Source: Wolbachia endosymbiont of Cimex lectularius
Lineage (GTDB): Bacteria; Pseudomonadota; Alphaproteobacteria; Rickettsiales; Anaplasmataceae
DNA: 32,000 nucleotides
Assembly: GCF_000829315.1 (NCBI RefSeq)
Contig: NZ_AP013028.1
Location: forward strand, 150,001 to 182,000
Direction: 5' to 3'
A program made the position numbers and the translations under genes. This document shows, piece by piece, positions 1 to 8,396 of the stretch. The notes under the pieces were generated by a model. The model searched no databases, was not told the origin of the DNA, and saw nothing but the letters and a program-made list of their open reading frames with translations. Positions within the stretch are counted from its first letter, which is position 1; every line of letters begins with the position of its first letter.

Positions 1-578
1 AAAAGAATGGAGAAGAGCCAAGCTTGTTGGAATTAGTCTTAAAAAAAATTAGTTGGAGAGGCCCGTATCAGCAATGGTCGGAAAGAGAAAACTAGCTTTT
101 GTATAATTGATTCTCAAAGCGTTAAAAACGCAGATACTGCTGAAAAAAAAGGCTATGATGCAGGTAAAAAGATTTCAGGGATAAAGCGCCATATTGCAGT
201 TGATACACAAGGTTTGCCACATGCAATTTATGTAACAACGGCAGAAGCAACTGACCGTAGCAGTGCTGTGAAAATGGTCGAAAATGCTAAAGCAAACCTC
301 TCTGAAGTTAAAAACATACTGGTTGATGCTGGCTACACAGGAGAAAATTTTGCAACACAAATAAAAGCTATCATTGGTGCGACTGTTGAAGTAATAAAGC
401 GAAGTGAGTTACACACTTTCGTCGTATTGCCAAAAAGATGGGTTGTTGAACGCTCTTTTGCCTGGTTAGAAAAGTGCAGGCGATTGTGGAAAAATTGCGA
501 GCGGAAGCTCAACACTAGCTTACAGATGATAGTCCTCTCCTTCATTTCTCTCCTGTTACGAAGATTTTAAACAGGTTC
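1..578 (+). mobile_element. IS5-family insertion sequence, copy 1 (5' part cut off by window edge)
   Basis: Bases 1-578 are near-identical to 6795-7372 and to the reverse complement of 27821-28398. It ends in the terminal inverted repeat AAGATTTTAAACAGGTTC (561-578). Confidence 0.85.
43..570 (+). CDS. IS5-family DDE transposase, orfB frame (copy 1)
   Basis: This frame is open from the A8 run at 41-48 to the stop at 568-570. It reads KKLVGEARISNGRKEKTSFCIIDSQSVKNADTAEKKGYDAGKKISGIKRHIAVDTQGLPHAI..., with IIDSQSVK and GYDAGKK...KRHI.VDT motifs typical of IS5/DDE_Tnp_1 transposases. There is no start codon before 214, so translation probably enters from orfA (which ends at 93-95) by frameshifting. 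Confidence 0.7.
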   Translation, partial: KKLVGEARISNGRKEKTSFCIIDSQSVKNADTAEKKGYDAGKKISGIKRHIAVDTQGLPHAIYVTTAEATDRSSAVKMVENAKANLSEVKNILVDAGYTGENFATQIKAIIGATVEVIKRSELHTFVVLPKRWVVERSFAWLEKCRRLWKNCERKLNTSLQMIVLSFISLLLRRF

Positions 579-1268
579 TAAGCGTATTGCAGATTCTATC
601 CTAGATTTCATAGCAGATTTTATTGCCGGCAGCACAGAAGAATTATCTGCTTTAGCAATCTTGATTGTGTCGTTAACCACCTCTCTTATCCCTTTTTGCT
701 GAAGTAATTCTTGCACAAGTTGAGACTCCATTGGGTGTTCACCACTATGAGCAAATTCTTTTAAGGAACCACCAAGACGATCTGCTGCAGTGCTGGCACC
801 TTCTTTTGCTTTACCTTTAATGTACACAACACCAGCTTTAATTTTCCTGGCAGTATATTCCGCCCCTTCAACTGTTTTTTCTGCAGCATATTTGAAGCCT
901 GCTTTTATTTCTGCCCTATATCTCCATGCTGCGTAAGAAACACCAACCAAAACAGCAGCTCCTATTATTGCTCCAACTACAATTCCAATTACTGGTGATG
1001 CAGCGGCTGTAGCTGTTCCTGCAGTTGCAAAAGCAGAAGCAATTGTTGACCAGTTGGTTGGAATAATATAACCTATCAAGCCAATTACTCCCAGCCTGAT
1101 AATACCACTATTTAACTGGTTCTGCTTTCTTAACGACTTTATTTCTTTCCCTAACGATTCTATTTTTTGCCCTAATGGATCCTTTGAAAAAGAATTTTCA
1201 GTCTGAGTTCCAACAGAACCTGGATTATTGTCATTAGTAACTAATGTTCTTTCTGAATTATTTGACAT
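567..1268 (-). CDS. hypothetical membrane protein with Gly/Ala-rich TM region; 3' end runs into the IS terminal repeat
   Basis: ORF track 567..1280. An ATG at 1268 follows GTGAGG and is the better start. There is a central GxxxG/Ala-rich hydrophobic stretch. The last 4 codons and the stop (LEPV*) are encoded by the IS inverted repeat, so the native C-terminus is probably lost. Confidence 0.5.
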   Translation of the reverse strand: MSNNSERTLVTNDNNPGSVGTQTENSFSKDPLGQKIESLGKEIKSLRKQNQLNSGIIRLGVIGLIGYIIPTNWSTIASAFATAGTATAAASPVIGIVVGAIIGAAVLVGVSYAAWRYRAEIKAGFKYAAEKTVEGAEYTARKIKAGVVYIKGKAKEGASTAADRLGGSLKEFAHSGEHPMESQLVQELLQQKGIREVVNDTIKIAKADNSSVLPAIKSAMKSRIESAIRLEPV

Positions 1269-1411
1269 TTTAAACCTCACTATTAATTAAACATATTAAT
1301 ATTGTACATCCTCAATTCTTAAATTAGTGATAATTTGACTGTCAGTGTGCATTTGCCTGCAAATAATTTTGCTTGACGCTGGTACAACAAGGATGAAGGG
1401 ACTGGGATTGT

Positions 1412-1621
1412 ATGGGGTATAGAAAAAAATTGTTTCTTTTACTGGCTGCTGTAATTTTAGCGATTCTATTATTAAAAGATTATAGTGGTTCTCACAAAGA
1501 TATAGTGCACCTCAAAAACGACAACAAGGAATTTAAAAGAAGACCAGAAAATTCTATAGAGTCAACCATATTACATAGAGAAAAGGAAGTGTATGATCAT
1601 GTTCTCCAATCTGATAATTAA
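1412..1621 (+). CDS. small hypothetical protein with N-terminal TM helix
   Basis: 69-aa ORF with a hydrophobic N-terminus (KKLFLLLAAVILAILLL), lying upstream of hflK. I recognise no homology. Confidence 0.3.
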   Translation: MGYRKKLFLLLAAVILAILLLKDYSGSHKDIVHLKNDNKEFKRRPENSIESTILHREKEVYDHVLQSDN

Positions 1622-1695
1622 TTCGTAAATAAAATAGTCTTGCATTTTCCTACTAAAGAAGTAATATTAGCGTATTAGTTATAGAATTAATCATT

Positions 1696-2730
1696 ATGTT
1701 TGATGAGAACAATCCTTGGAATCTTGGAAAGAAACCGATAAGGAATAAAACTCCTAATAATGAAGATATTTTAAGTAAAATTATATCCGAGATAAGGTAC
1801 TTTTTTAATGTCCTAACAAGAAACAGCGGCAAAAAGCCTTATTTAATTATTTTTGTTATTTTGTTCTTCTATGCTTGCACTGGCTTCTATATTGTCCACC
1901 CAAGTGAGGAAGGCATAGAACTTACTTTTGGCAAATATTCTAATACAGAAACACCTGGTTTGCGCTATCACTTTCCTTACCCTATTGGCAAGGTCTTTAA
2001 AGTGAACGTCAAAGAAGTAAATCGTGAAGAAATTGGGGTCATCAGTTCCTATGGGCGAGACACAGACCGCGGTGAAGGTGTGATGCTCACCGGAGATGAG
2101 AACATAGTCAACGTTAATTTTGAGGTCCAGTGGCGCGTTAGAGATGCTAAGGATTACTTATTCAAAGTGCGGGATTACACACCTGGTTTTAGTGTTAAAA
2201 ATGCTGCAGAGAGTGCTATGAGAGAGATAATAGGTAAAAATACGATCTCTTTTGCACTTGGTCAAGGCAGACAAGAAATTCCTATAGACACTAGAACTTT
2301 ACTGCAACAGATTCTTGATGGATATCAAATGGGCATAGAAATTTTATCTGTCCAAATGAAAAAAATTGACCCACCAGAAAAAGTAATTAGCTCATTTAGA
2401 GATGTGCAAAGTGCTCGTGCGGATAAAGAGCGTACTATAAACGAAGCATATGCTTATAGTAACGATATTATACCTCGAGCAAAAGGTGAAGCAATAAAGA
2501 TAAAACTAGATGCAGAAGCATATGAGAATGAAATAATAAATGAAGCAAAAGGTAATGCAAATCGCTTTTTGTCCCTCTATGAAGAATATAAGCAAAATCC
2601 TTCTCTCGTTAAAAATCGTATTTATCTTGAAACTATGGAAAATATTTTCAGTAAAGTAGATAAATTTGTTGTAACTGATGATCTGAAAGGTATGTTTTCT
2701 TATTTACCTCTTGCAAATTTTGGAAAATAG
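1696..2730 (+). CDS. hflK: FtsH protease modulator HflK (SPFH/band-7 family)
   Basis: 344 aa with an N-terminal TM helix followed by an SPFH domain. hflC starts 2 nt after its stop. Confidence 0.85.
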   Translation: MFDENNPWNLGKKPIRNKTPNNEDILSKIISEIRYFFNVLTRNSGKKPYLIIFVILFFYACTGFYIVHPSEEGIELTFGKYSNTETPGLRYHFPYPIGKVFKVNVKEVNREEIGVISSYGRDTDRGEGVMLTGDENIVNVNFEVQWRVRDAKDYLFKVRDYTPGFSVKNAAESAMREIIGKNTISFALGQGRQEIPIDTRTLLQQILDGYQMGIEILSVQMKKIDPPEKVISSFRDVQSARADKERTINEAYAYSNDIIPRAKGEAIKIKLDAEAYENEIINEAKGNANRFLSLYEEYKQNPSLVKNRIYLETMENIFSKVDKFVVTDDLKGMFSYLPLANFGK

Positions 2731-2732
2731 TC

Positions 2733-3605
2733 ATGCGCAGTAATATTAAAATTGCTTTTATTTCTGTATTCGTTGTCGTGTTAATCGCCTTGTTTAATTC
2801 AATGTTTGTGGTACAGGAAACGAAGCAAGCAATAGTTATACAATTGGGTAAAGTGGTAAGAGATATTAAGGAAAGCGGTTTATATTTTAAGCTGCCATTT
2901 ATAAACAACGTAGAATTTCTCGATAAGAGAGTTTTAGATTTAAGCCCTGATAAAACTCCAAGAGAAGTAATAACTGCAGACCAAAAACGCATCATAGTAG
3001 ACGCCTATGCAAAATATAAAATAGTAGAGCCTATCACTTTTTACCAAGCTGTGAGAAGCGAATCAGGATTAGTCAGAAGACTATATCCAATCATAGAAGC
3101 TCACATAAGGGAAAACATAGTAAAATTTTCATTAATTAGTTTGTTAAATGAAAAGAGATCAGAAGTTATGCAATTAATCCAGCGCGGAGTTTATTCTGAA
3201 GCTAGAAAATTTGGTATAGAAATAATAGATGTAAGAATTAAGAGAGCAGATTTACCAGAAGAAAATAGTTCTGCAATATTCCTTCGTATGCAAACTGAAA
3301 GAGCAAAAGAAGCAAAAGAAATCAGAGCAGAAGGTGAGCAAGCTGGGCAGGAAGTTAAATCAAAAGCTGATAAACGAAAAAGGGAAATTATTGCTAGTGC
3401 AATAAAAGAAGCCCACGAAATAAAAGGGCGTGGTTATGCTGAAGCAACCAGAATTTATAATGAGGCATTTAAGGTTGATGAAGAGTTTTTTAATTTTTAC
3501 CGCTCTATGAGCGCTTACAGCAAATCATTCGCTGGAAATAACACTAAATTTATACTTTCACCAAATAATAATTTCTTAGATATTTTGAACAAGGGATGGA
3601 AATAG
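2733..3605 (+). CDS. hflC: FtsH protease modulator HflC (SPFH/band-7 family)
   Basis: 290 aa with an N-terminal TM helix, an SPFH domain and a charged coiled C-terminal region. Tightly packed between hflK and degP. Confidence 0.85.
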   Translation: MRSNIKIAFISVFVVVLIALFNSMFVVQETKQAIVIQLGKVVRDIKESGLYFKLPFINNVEFLDKRVLDLSPDKTPREVITADQKRIIVDAYAKYKIVEPITFYQAVRSESGLVRRLYPIIEAHIRENIVKFSLISLLNEKRSEVMQLIQRGVYSEARKFGIEIIDVRIKRADLPEENSSAIFLRMQTERAKEAKEIRAEGEQAGQEVKSKADKRKREIIASAIKEAHEIKGRGYAEATRIYNEAFKVDEEFFNFYRSMSAYSKSFAGNNTKFILSPNNNFLDILNKGWK

Positions 3606-3608
3606 TTT

Positions 3609-5096
3609 ATGAAAAGTAAGGTTTTATCTATATTTACATGTTTTTTGATTTCGTTCTCCTCGTATGCTAACATGTTTGACTGGGGTGCAAAAAAGACTTC
3701 AGATACTAACACTTCTGTATGCAACTGTAATCAAGGACTTGCTGACCTGGTAGAAGAACTTATTCCTGCAGTTGTAAATATCTCGAGCGAACAAATCATC
3801 AAACAAGAAAGTAACAATAGAACTAGAATCCCTTTTACACCAAGAAATAATTTTTTTGATGGTTTCAGAGAGTTTTTTGAGCATTTTGATCAATTTTTTA
3901 TGGACAGGGGTCCAAGCATCAATAGAGAAGTAGTGCTGCTTGGGTCTGGATTTATTATAGACAAAAGTGGAACTATCGTAACTAATTATCATGTTATTAA
4001 AAACGCCCAAGATATCACAGTTACTATGAACGATAATACTTATTTCAAAGCAGAAGTTTTAGGTTATGACGCAAAAACTGATCTTGCTGTGCTTCAGATC
4101 AAAGCTGACAAAGACCTTTCCTTTGTAGCATTTGGTGACTCTGATAAAGCAAGGGTTGGTGATACGGTCATGGCAATAGGCAATCCATTTGGGTTAGGTG
4201 GCTCTGTAAGTACAGGAATTATATCTGCAAGGTCCAGAGACATCAGTATTGGCACCATGAATGAATTTATTCAAACTGACGCTGCAATCAATAGAGGTAA
4301 CTCTGGAGGACCATTATTTGATTTAAATGGAAAAGTCATAGGTATTAATACCGCCATCTATTCCCCATCTGAGTCTGGCGGTAATGTGGGTATAGGCTTT
4401 GCTATACCGTCTAATCTAGCTGTGTCAATCATTGACACACTAAAAAGTGGCAAGAAGATAAAACACGGTTGGCTTGGTGTGCAAGTTCAGCCTATAACAA
4501 GGGAATTTGCAGAGTCTTTGGGTTTAAAAGATACAAAAGGTGCATTAGTTGCAGACATAGTAAAGGACAGTCCAGCAGAGAAAGGTGGTATCAAAGTAGG
4601 TGATATATTACTAGAATTTGATGGCAAAAAAGTTGAGAGAATGACACAGCTACCTCAAATGGTTTCAAGAACTGAACCTGAGAAAAAAGTGCAAGTTAAG
4701 TTACTGAGAAGTGGTAGAGAAGTTAATATCAAAGTCATAATTGGAGAATCTACAAGTGACAGCCAAGGTAACAACCAAGAAGAAAATGAATCAACATCTG
4801 ATTATATAACTGGTTTAACTGTCTCAAATCTACCACAAGAGTCAAAAGAGAGCAAAAATGACGTGCCTACAAAGGGTGTAATAGTTACCAATGTAGATGT
4901 TAACAAGAACGTTACGTTGCGTGGTATCAAAAAAGGAGACATTATTATGCAAATAAATGGAACTTATATAGAAAACGTTGAAAGCTTCCAAAATCAAATA
5001 AATTTAGCAAAAGAGAAGGATAAAGAAAAAGCAATAATGTTGCTTATTTACCGCAACGGAAATCAGTTTTTTACTTCAATAAAGCTAAAAAAGTAA
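3609..5096 (+). CDS. degP: periplasmic serine endoprotease DegP/HtrA (trypsin-like domain plus two PDZ regions)
   Basis: Signal-peptide-like N-terminus. It has a TNYHV histidine region, a DLAVLQ aspartate region and the catalytic GNSGGPL motif. PDZ-like segments follow (GWLGVQVQ..., GDIIMQING...). Confidence 0.9.
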   Translation: MKSKVLSIFTCFLISFSSYANMFDWGAKKTSDTNTSVCNCNQGLADLVEELIPAVVNISSEQIIKQESNNRTRIPFTPRNNFFDGFREFFEHFDQFFMDRGPSINREVVLLGSGFIIDKSGTIVTNYHVIKNAQDITVTMNDNTYFKAEVLGYDAKTDLAVLQIKADKDLSFVAFGDSDKARVGDTVMAIGNPFGLGGSVSTGIISARSRDISIGTMNEFIQTDAAINRGNSGGPLFDLNGKVIGINTAIYSPSESGGNVGIGFAIPSNLAVSIIDTLKSGKKIKHGWLGVQVQPITREFAESLGLKDTKGALVADIVKDSPAEKGGIKVGDILLEFDGKKVERMTQLPQMVSRTEPEKKVQVKLLRSGREVNIKVIIGESTSDSQGNNQEENESTSDYITGLTVSNLPQESKESKNDVPTKGVIVTNVDVNKNVTLRGIKKGDIIMQINGTYIENVESFQNQINLAKEKDKEKAIMLLIYRNGNQFFTSIKLKK

Positions 5097-5335
5097 TTTC
5101 GTAAATCATTTACCAAATTCACAAAATAGCAACGTTGTAAGTTTGCTGCTGTAACACTTTAGCCTAAGTTAAAACCGACCTATTACATGAAAAACTAGCC
5201 TACCGTTATTCCAGCTACACAGCTAGAATCTCATTTCACTTTATAGCAATGTCATCCAAGTAGCCCATTCTCCCGTCATTCCAGCGCTCTCTTCTTGTCA
5301 TCTAATACCAATTCCCACTACACAAGGAACAAGCA

Positions 5336-5820
5336 GACAACAGTGGAAAAAAATTATAACGTCATTCGATAGAGACGAAAAAAACTACTTGACAAATTCT
5401 TTCAATCCTTTTATCATAGTATTGAAGCTATTTGTTTAACTTCCCATCTGTACAGGTAAAATGACAAGAAAACTTGTATTTGGCGTACTATTGTTTAATT
5501 TTTCGCACTATGTGCACTGCATGTCTTTTTAAAACTTCGGGTTTTTGCCCATACAAGCTGAAACGCGCTTATAAGTCGTTTAAGACATCACCCAACGCCG
5601 GATTTTAAAATAGAGAGTGGAATAACTAGCTACCTCGGGTTTTTATTGTCTTTTTCTCCTGCCTGGTAAATTTCTTAAATATTATAGCTTGGACTAGTTG
5701 CGTTTAAAAGCAGCTAAATTGCAGCGTTTAAGACATAAAAACGCCAATACTAAAAATAAATACCGACTAGGGTTTCTTTTGCTTTTTTTTCTCTATTTGG
5801 TAAATTTCTTAAATATTTTA
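5336..5820 (+). repeat. promoter-bearing modular intergenic repeat, type 1, copy a
   Basis: Homologous along its length to the reverse complement of 8397-8821 and of 22114-22527. Modules in order: GACAACAGTGGAAAAAA, AAAAAACTACTTGACAA, core CATACAAGCTGAAACGCGCTTATAAGTCGTTTAAGACA, and two tails GGTAAATTTCTTAAATATT at 5665 and 5799. Confidence 0.75.
5389..5417 (+). promoter_or_regulatory. sigma70-like promoter inside repeat copy a (TTGACA-17-TATCAT)
   Basis: Exact TTGACA at 5389-5394, a 17-nt spacer ending CCTTT, and TATCAT at 5412-5417. An A-tract lies immediately upstream. Confidence 0.5.
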
Positions 5821-6116
5821 TCTGAGGCAATTTGAGAGCACACAAAAAACACCAATGTTAAAATAACTGCTTTTTAGTATGCAAGAAGTCTGCTCGTATC
5901 TGTTCAAAGGTATGGTTAAGATACAAGTGAAAAGACTTTAAATTTTTGCTTCAAACCACATTACACCGTATTTAGCCCATTTTTTCTAGCTCGTTCAACC
6001 ATTTTCTGCCGCTTCGCTGCGTTTCATAAGGTAGTGAGTGGATGTTTTTTCGGTATGCTAAAATCCAAGAAAGTTAGTTTTTGTGCTATAATGGTCCTTT
6101 ATTGAAAATAGCGTTG

Positions 6117-6513
6117 ATGGATATCACTACTGGTTTATTAGAGGATATTAGTAATTTAATAGATAGAGCAAAGAATCATCTCTCCACGCAGTTCAATTCT
6201 ACTTTAGTGTTATTAAATTGGGAAATTGGCTTTAGAATAGACCAAGAAATCTTAAAGCACAAACGTGCAGGCTATGGCAGACAAATCGTTTCTCGGCTTG
6301 CGAAAGAACTTCAGATTAAATATGGACGCGGATTTGATCAAACCTCATTGTCTCGAATGGTCAAATTTTCCAAACTATTTTCCAATCAAGAGATTCTTGC
6401 GACAGTGTCGCAAGAATTAAGTTGGTCACACTTTGTAGAAATTATTGCAATTTCTGATAATCTGAAGCGCGACTACTATTTAGAGATGTGTCGTGTTGAA
6501 GGATGGAGTGTTA
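6117..6513 (+). pseudogene. DUF1016/YhcG-like protein, N-terminal fragment truncated by IS copy 2
   Basis: MDITTGLLEDISNLIDRAKNHLSTQFNSTLVLLNWEIGFRI...YGRQIVSRLAKEL resembles the N-terminal domain of DUF1016 (YhcG) proteins, from memory of that family. The frame runs straight into the IS end at 6514, and the C-terminal nuclease-like domain is absent. Confidence 0.6.
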
Positions 6514-6575
6514 GAACCTGTTTAAAATCTTGGAAATGTGAGGTAAAGTAAGCATAGATTAATAATGAGGTGTCT

Positions 6576-6889
6576 ATGCAGAAAAGTTATCCAAGTAATA
6601 TAAGTCAAGAGCAGTTTGAAAAAATCAGGCCAATTTTGGAGAGTGCAAGCAGAAAACAAAACCAAGAAAACTTGATTTGTATGACGTATTTTGTGGGGTG
6701 TTGTACGTCTTAAAAAGTGGTTGTCAGTGGAGGATGTTACCAAAGGGTTTTCCAAGATGGAAAAGCGTATATTACTATTTTCGAGTGTGGAGTAAAAAGA
6801 ATGGAGAAGAGCCAAGCTTGTTGGAATTAGTCTTAAAAAAAATTAGTTGGAGAGGTCCGTATCAGCAATGGTCGGAAAGAGAAAACTAG
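6576..6889 (+). pseudogene. IS transposase orfA, copy 2, disrupted by a 1-nt deletion
   Basis: ATG at 6576 follows GAGG. Copy 3 reads GAGAGTAGCAAGCAG where copy 2 reads GAGAGTGCAAGCAG (near 6643). This shifts the frame, so only the C-terminal 70 codons (6677-6889) remain as an ORF. Confidence 0.7.
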
Positions 6890-7364
6890 CTTTTGTATAA
6901 TTGATTCTCAAAGCGTTAAAAACGCAGATACTGCTGAAAAAAAAGGCTATGATGCAGGTAAAAAGATTTCAGGGATAAAGCGCCATATTGCAGTTGATAC
7001 ACAAGGTTTGCCACATGCAATTTATGTAACAACGGCAGAAGCAACTGACCGTAGCAGTGCTGTGAAAATGGTCGAAAATGCTAAAGCAAACCTCTCTGAA
7101 GTTAAAAACATACTGGTTGATGCTGGCTACACAGGAGAAAATTTTGCAACACAAATAAAAGCTATCATTGGTGCGACTGTTGAAGTAATAAAGCGAAGTG
7201 AGTTACACACTTTCGTCGTATTGCCAAAAAGATGGGTTGTTGAACGCTCTTTTGCCTGGTTAGAAAAGTGCAGGCGATTGTGGAAAAATTGCGAGCGGAA
7301 GCTCAACACTAGCTTACAGATGATAGTCCTCTCCTTCATTTCTCTCCTGTTACGAAGATTTTAA
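6837..7364 (+). CDS. IS5-family DDE transposase, orfB frame (copy 2)
   Basis: Same frame and protein as 43-570 in copy 1, with an A8 run at the internal homopolymer. Open from the junction A8 tract. Confidence 0.65.
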   Translation, partial: KKLVGEVRISNGRKEKTSFCIIDSQSVKNADTAEKKGYDAGKKISGIKRHIAVDTQGLPHAIYVTTAEATDRSSAVKMVENAKANLSEVKNILVDAGYTGENFATQIKAIIGATVEVIKRSELHTFVVLPKRWVVERSFAWLEKCRRLWKNCERKLNTSLQMIVLSFISLLLRRF

Positions 7365-7372
7365 ACAGGTTC

Positions 7373-8182
7373 TAATAGCTAGAATTAAAGGAGTATCTCC
7401 TTCCTTATTTGCTGCATTAACATCCGCTCCTTCATTTATGAGATGTTCTACGTCCTCAATATTACCATCCTTGGCAGCGCTAAGTAACTTGTCATTATTG
7501 GATTTTTGTGCACTCTGCAATAGATCTTTTATTTCTTGGTTAGTAGTTAAGTCTACAGGAATCTTTCCATCGTTGTTTTTCACATTAATACTCGCTTTTT
7601 TATCCAATAAAGCTTTTACTATATCGACATAACCAAATTTAGCAGCCCAATGTAAAGCAGTATACTTATCTTTATCCACTGCATTAATACTTGCTCCTTT
7701 ATCTAATAGAAGTTTTACTACATCTGTCTTGTGCCATACTCAGCAGCCACCTGTAAAGGAGTTCTTTCGTCTTTACCTGTTACTGCATCGACGCTTATTC
7801 CTTTATCTAATAAAGCGTTTATTATTTTTATATAGCCATGTTTGGCAGCAACATGTAAAGGAGTATATCCCCAATTGTCTTCCACATTAATATTTATTCC
7901 TTTAGCGGTTAATAGGGTGTCTAATACATCTTCCTTGCCATATTAAGCAGCAGAATGCAAAGGAGTATATCCATATTGACCTTTCACATTAACATCGATC
8001 CCTTTTACTTTCAATAGAGTTTCTACTGTCTCTTTATGGCCATTTGTAGCAGCCCAAATTAAAGGAGTATCTCCATTTTTATCCACTACATTAACATCAG
8101 CTCCTTCACTTATCAGGCTTTTTACTTTCTCAATATCACCATTCTTAGCAGCATTAAGTAACTCAGTATTTAGATTGCTCAT
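7373..8182 (-). pseudogene. ankyrin-repeat protein, degraded (in-frame stop, frameshift, IS truncation)
   Basis: Repeated G.TPLH.AA..G...vv..LL..GA..N units on the minus strand. ORF 7943-8182 ends at a TAA inside a repeat (HSAA*YGKEDV). The frame is then lost near 7738 (AAEYG-HKTDVV). ORF 7350-7679 ends ...TPLILAI followed by RTCLKSS* read from the IS terminal repeat. Confidence 0.8.
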
Positions 8183-8271
8183 CCCGTCTCCATCGTAAAA
8201 TTGTATTATTGTGGCAAAGTTATTAACAATCTATGATCTCTGATGTACAGCCACAAAAATACGAGAAGTTC

Positions 8272-8373
8272 TCATACCAATTCCCATTACATGGAACAAT
8301 AACGAGGAAAAGGTCCATACTTAAGCAAGAATAGCGTGGTAAAGTGGTATATCTGCTCCCTGTGTAATGGGAA
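8272..8373. repeat. perfect 21-bp inverted repeat separated by 60 bp
   Basis: CTCATACCAATTCCCATTACA (8272-8292) and TGTAATGGGAATTGGTATTAG (8353-8373) form the pair. A related half-site, CTAATACCAATTCCCACTACA, lies at about 5311-5332. Confidence 0.7.
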
Positions 8374-8396
8374 TTGGTATTAGCTATAAAGTCCAA

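Larger units (their letters stand above)
6514..7372 (+). mobile_element. IS5-family insertion sequence, copy 2 (complete ends, orfA frameshifted)
   Basis: Terminal inverted repeats GAACCTGTTTAAAATCTT (6514-6531) and AAGATTTTAAACAGGTTC (7355-7372). Flanked by TTA on the left and TAA on the right. Internal orfA/orfB layout matches copy 3. Confidence 0.9.

Noticed and set aside
39-52. Canonical -1 programmed frameshift on the heptamer A AAA AAA at the orfA/orfB junction
   Set aside because: The -1 frame reads AAA AAA AAT TAG and terminates immediately. Only a +1 (or -2) shift reaches the DDE frame.
175-545. 61-aa and 70-aa ORFs antisense to the transposase, recurring at 6969-7339 and 27854-28224
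   Set aside because: They recur only because the IS is repeated. They lie fully antisense to a recognisable DDE transposase frame, have no ribosome-binding context and have Cys/Phe-rich junk-like composition.
2648-4010. ORFs 2648-2995(-), 3515-3724(-) and 3699-4010(-)
   Set aside because: They are antisense to the well-supported hflK, hflC and degP frames. They have no independent support.
5100-5335. Possible structured ncRNA (tmRNA, SRP RNA or RNase P) downstream of degP
   Set aside because: I found no conserved motifs of those RNAs. The region is better explained as degenerate copies of the palindromic elements (ATTCCAGC..., GTCATCCAAG..., GTCATTCCAGCG...).
5560-5820. Possible CRISPR array, suggested by the regularly spaced GGTAAATTTCTTAAATATT tails (also at 8397-8560 and 22135-22310)
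   Set aside because: There are only two units per locus and the period is 134-154 bp. The sequence between the tails is itself homologous between units and loci, so there are no unique spacers. No cas genes are present.
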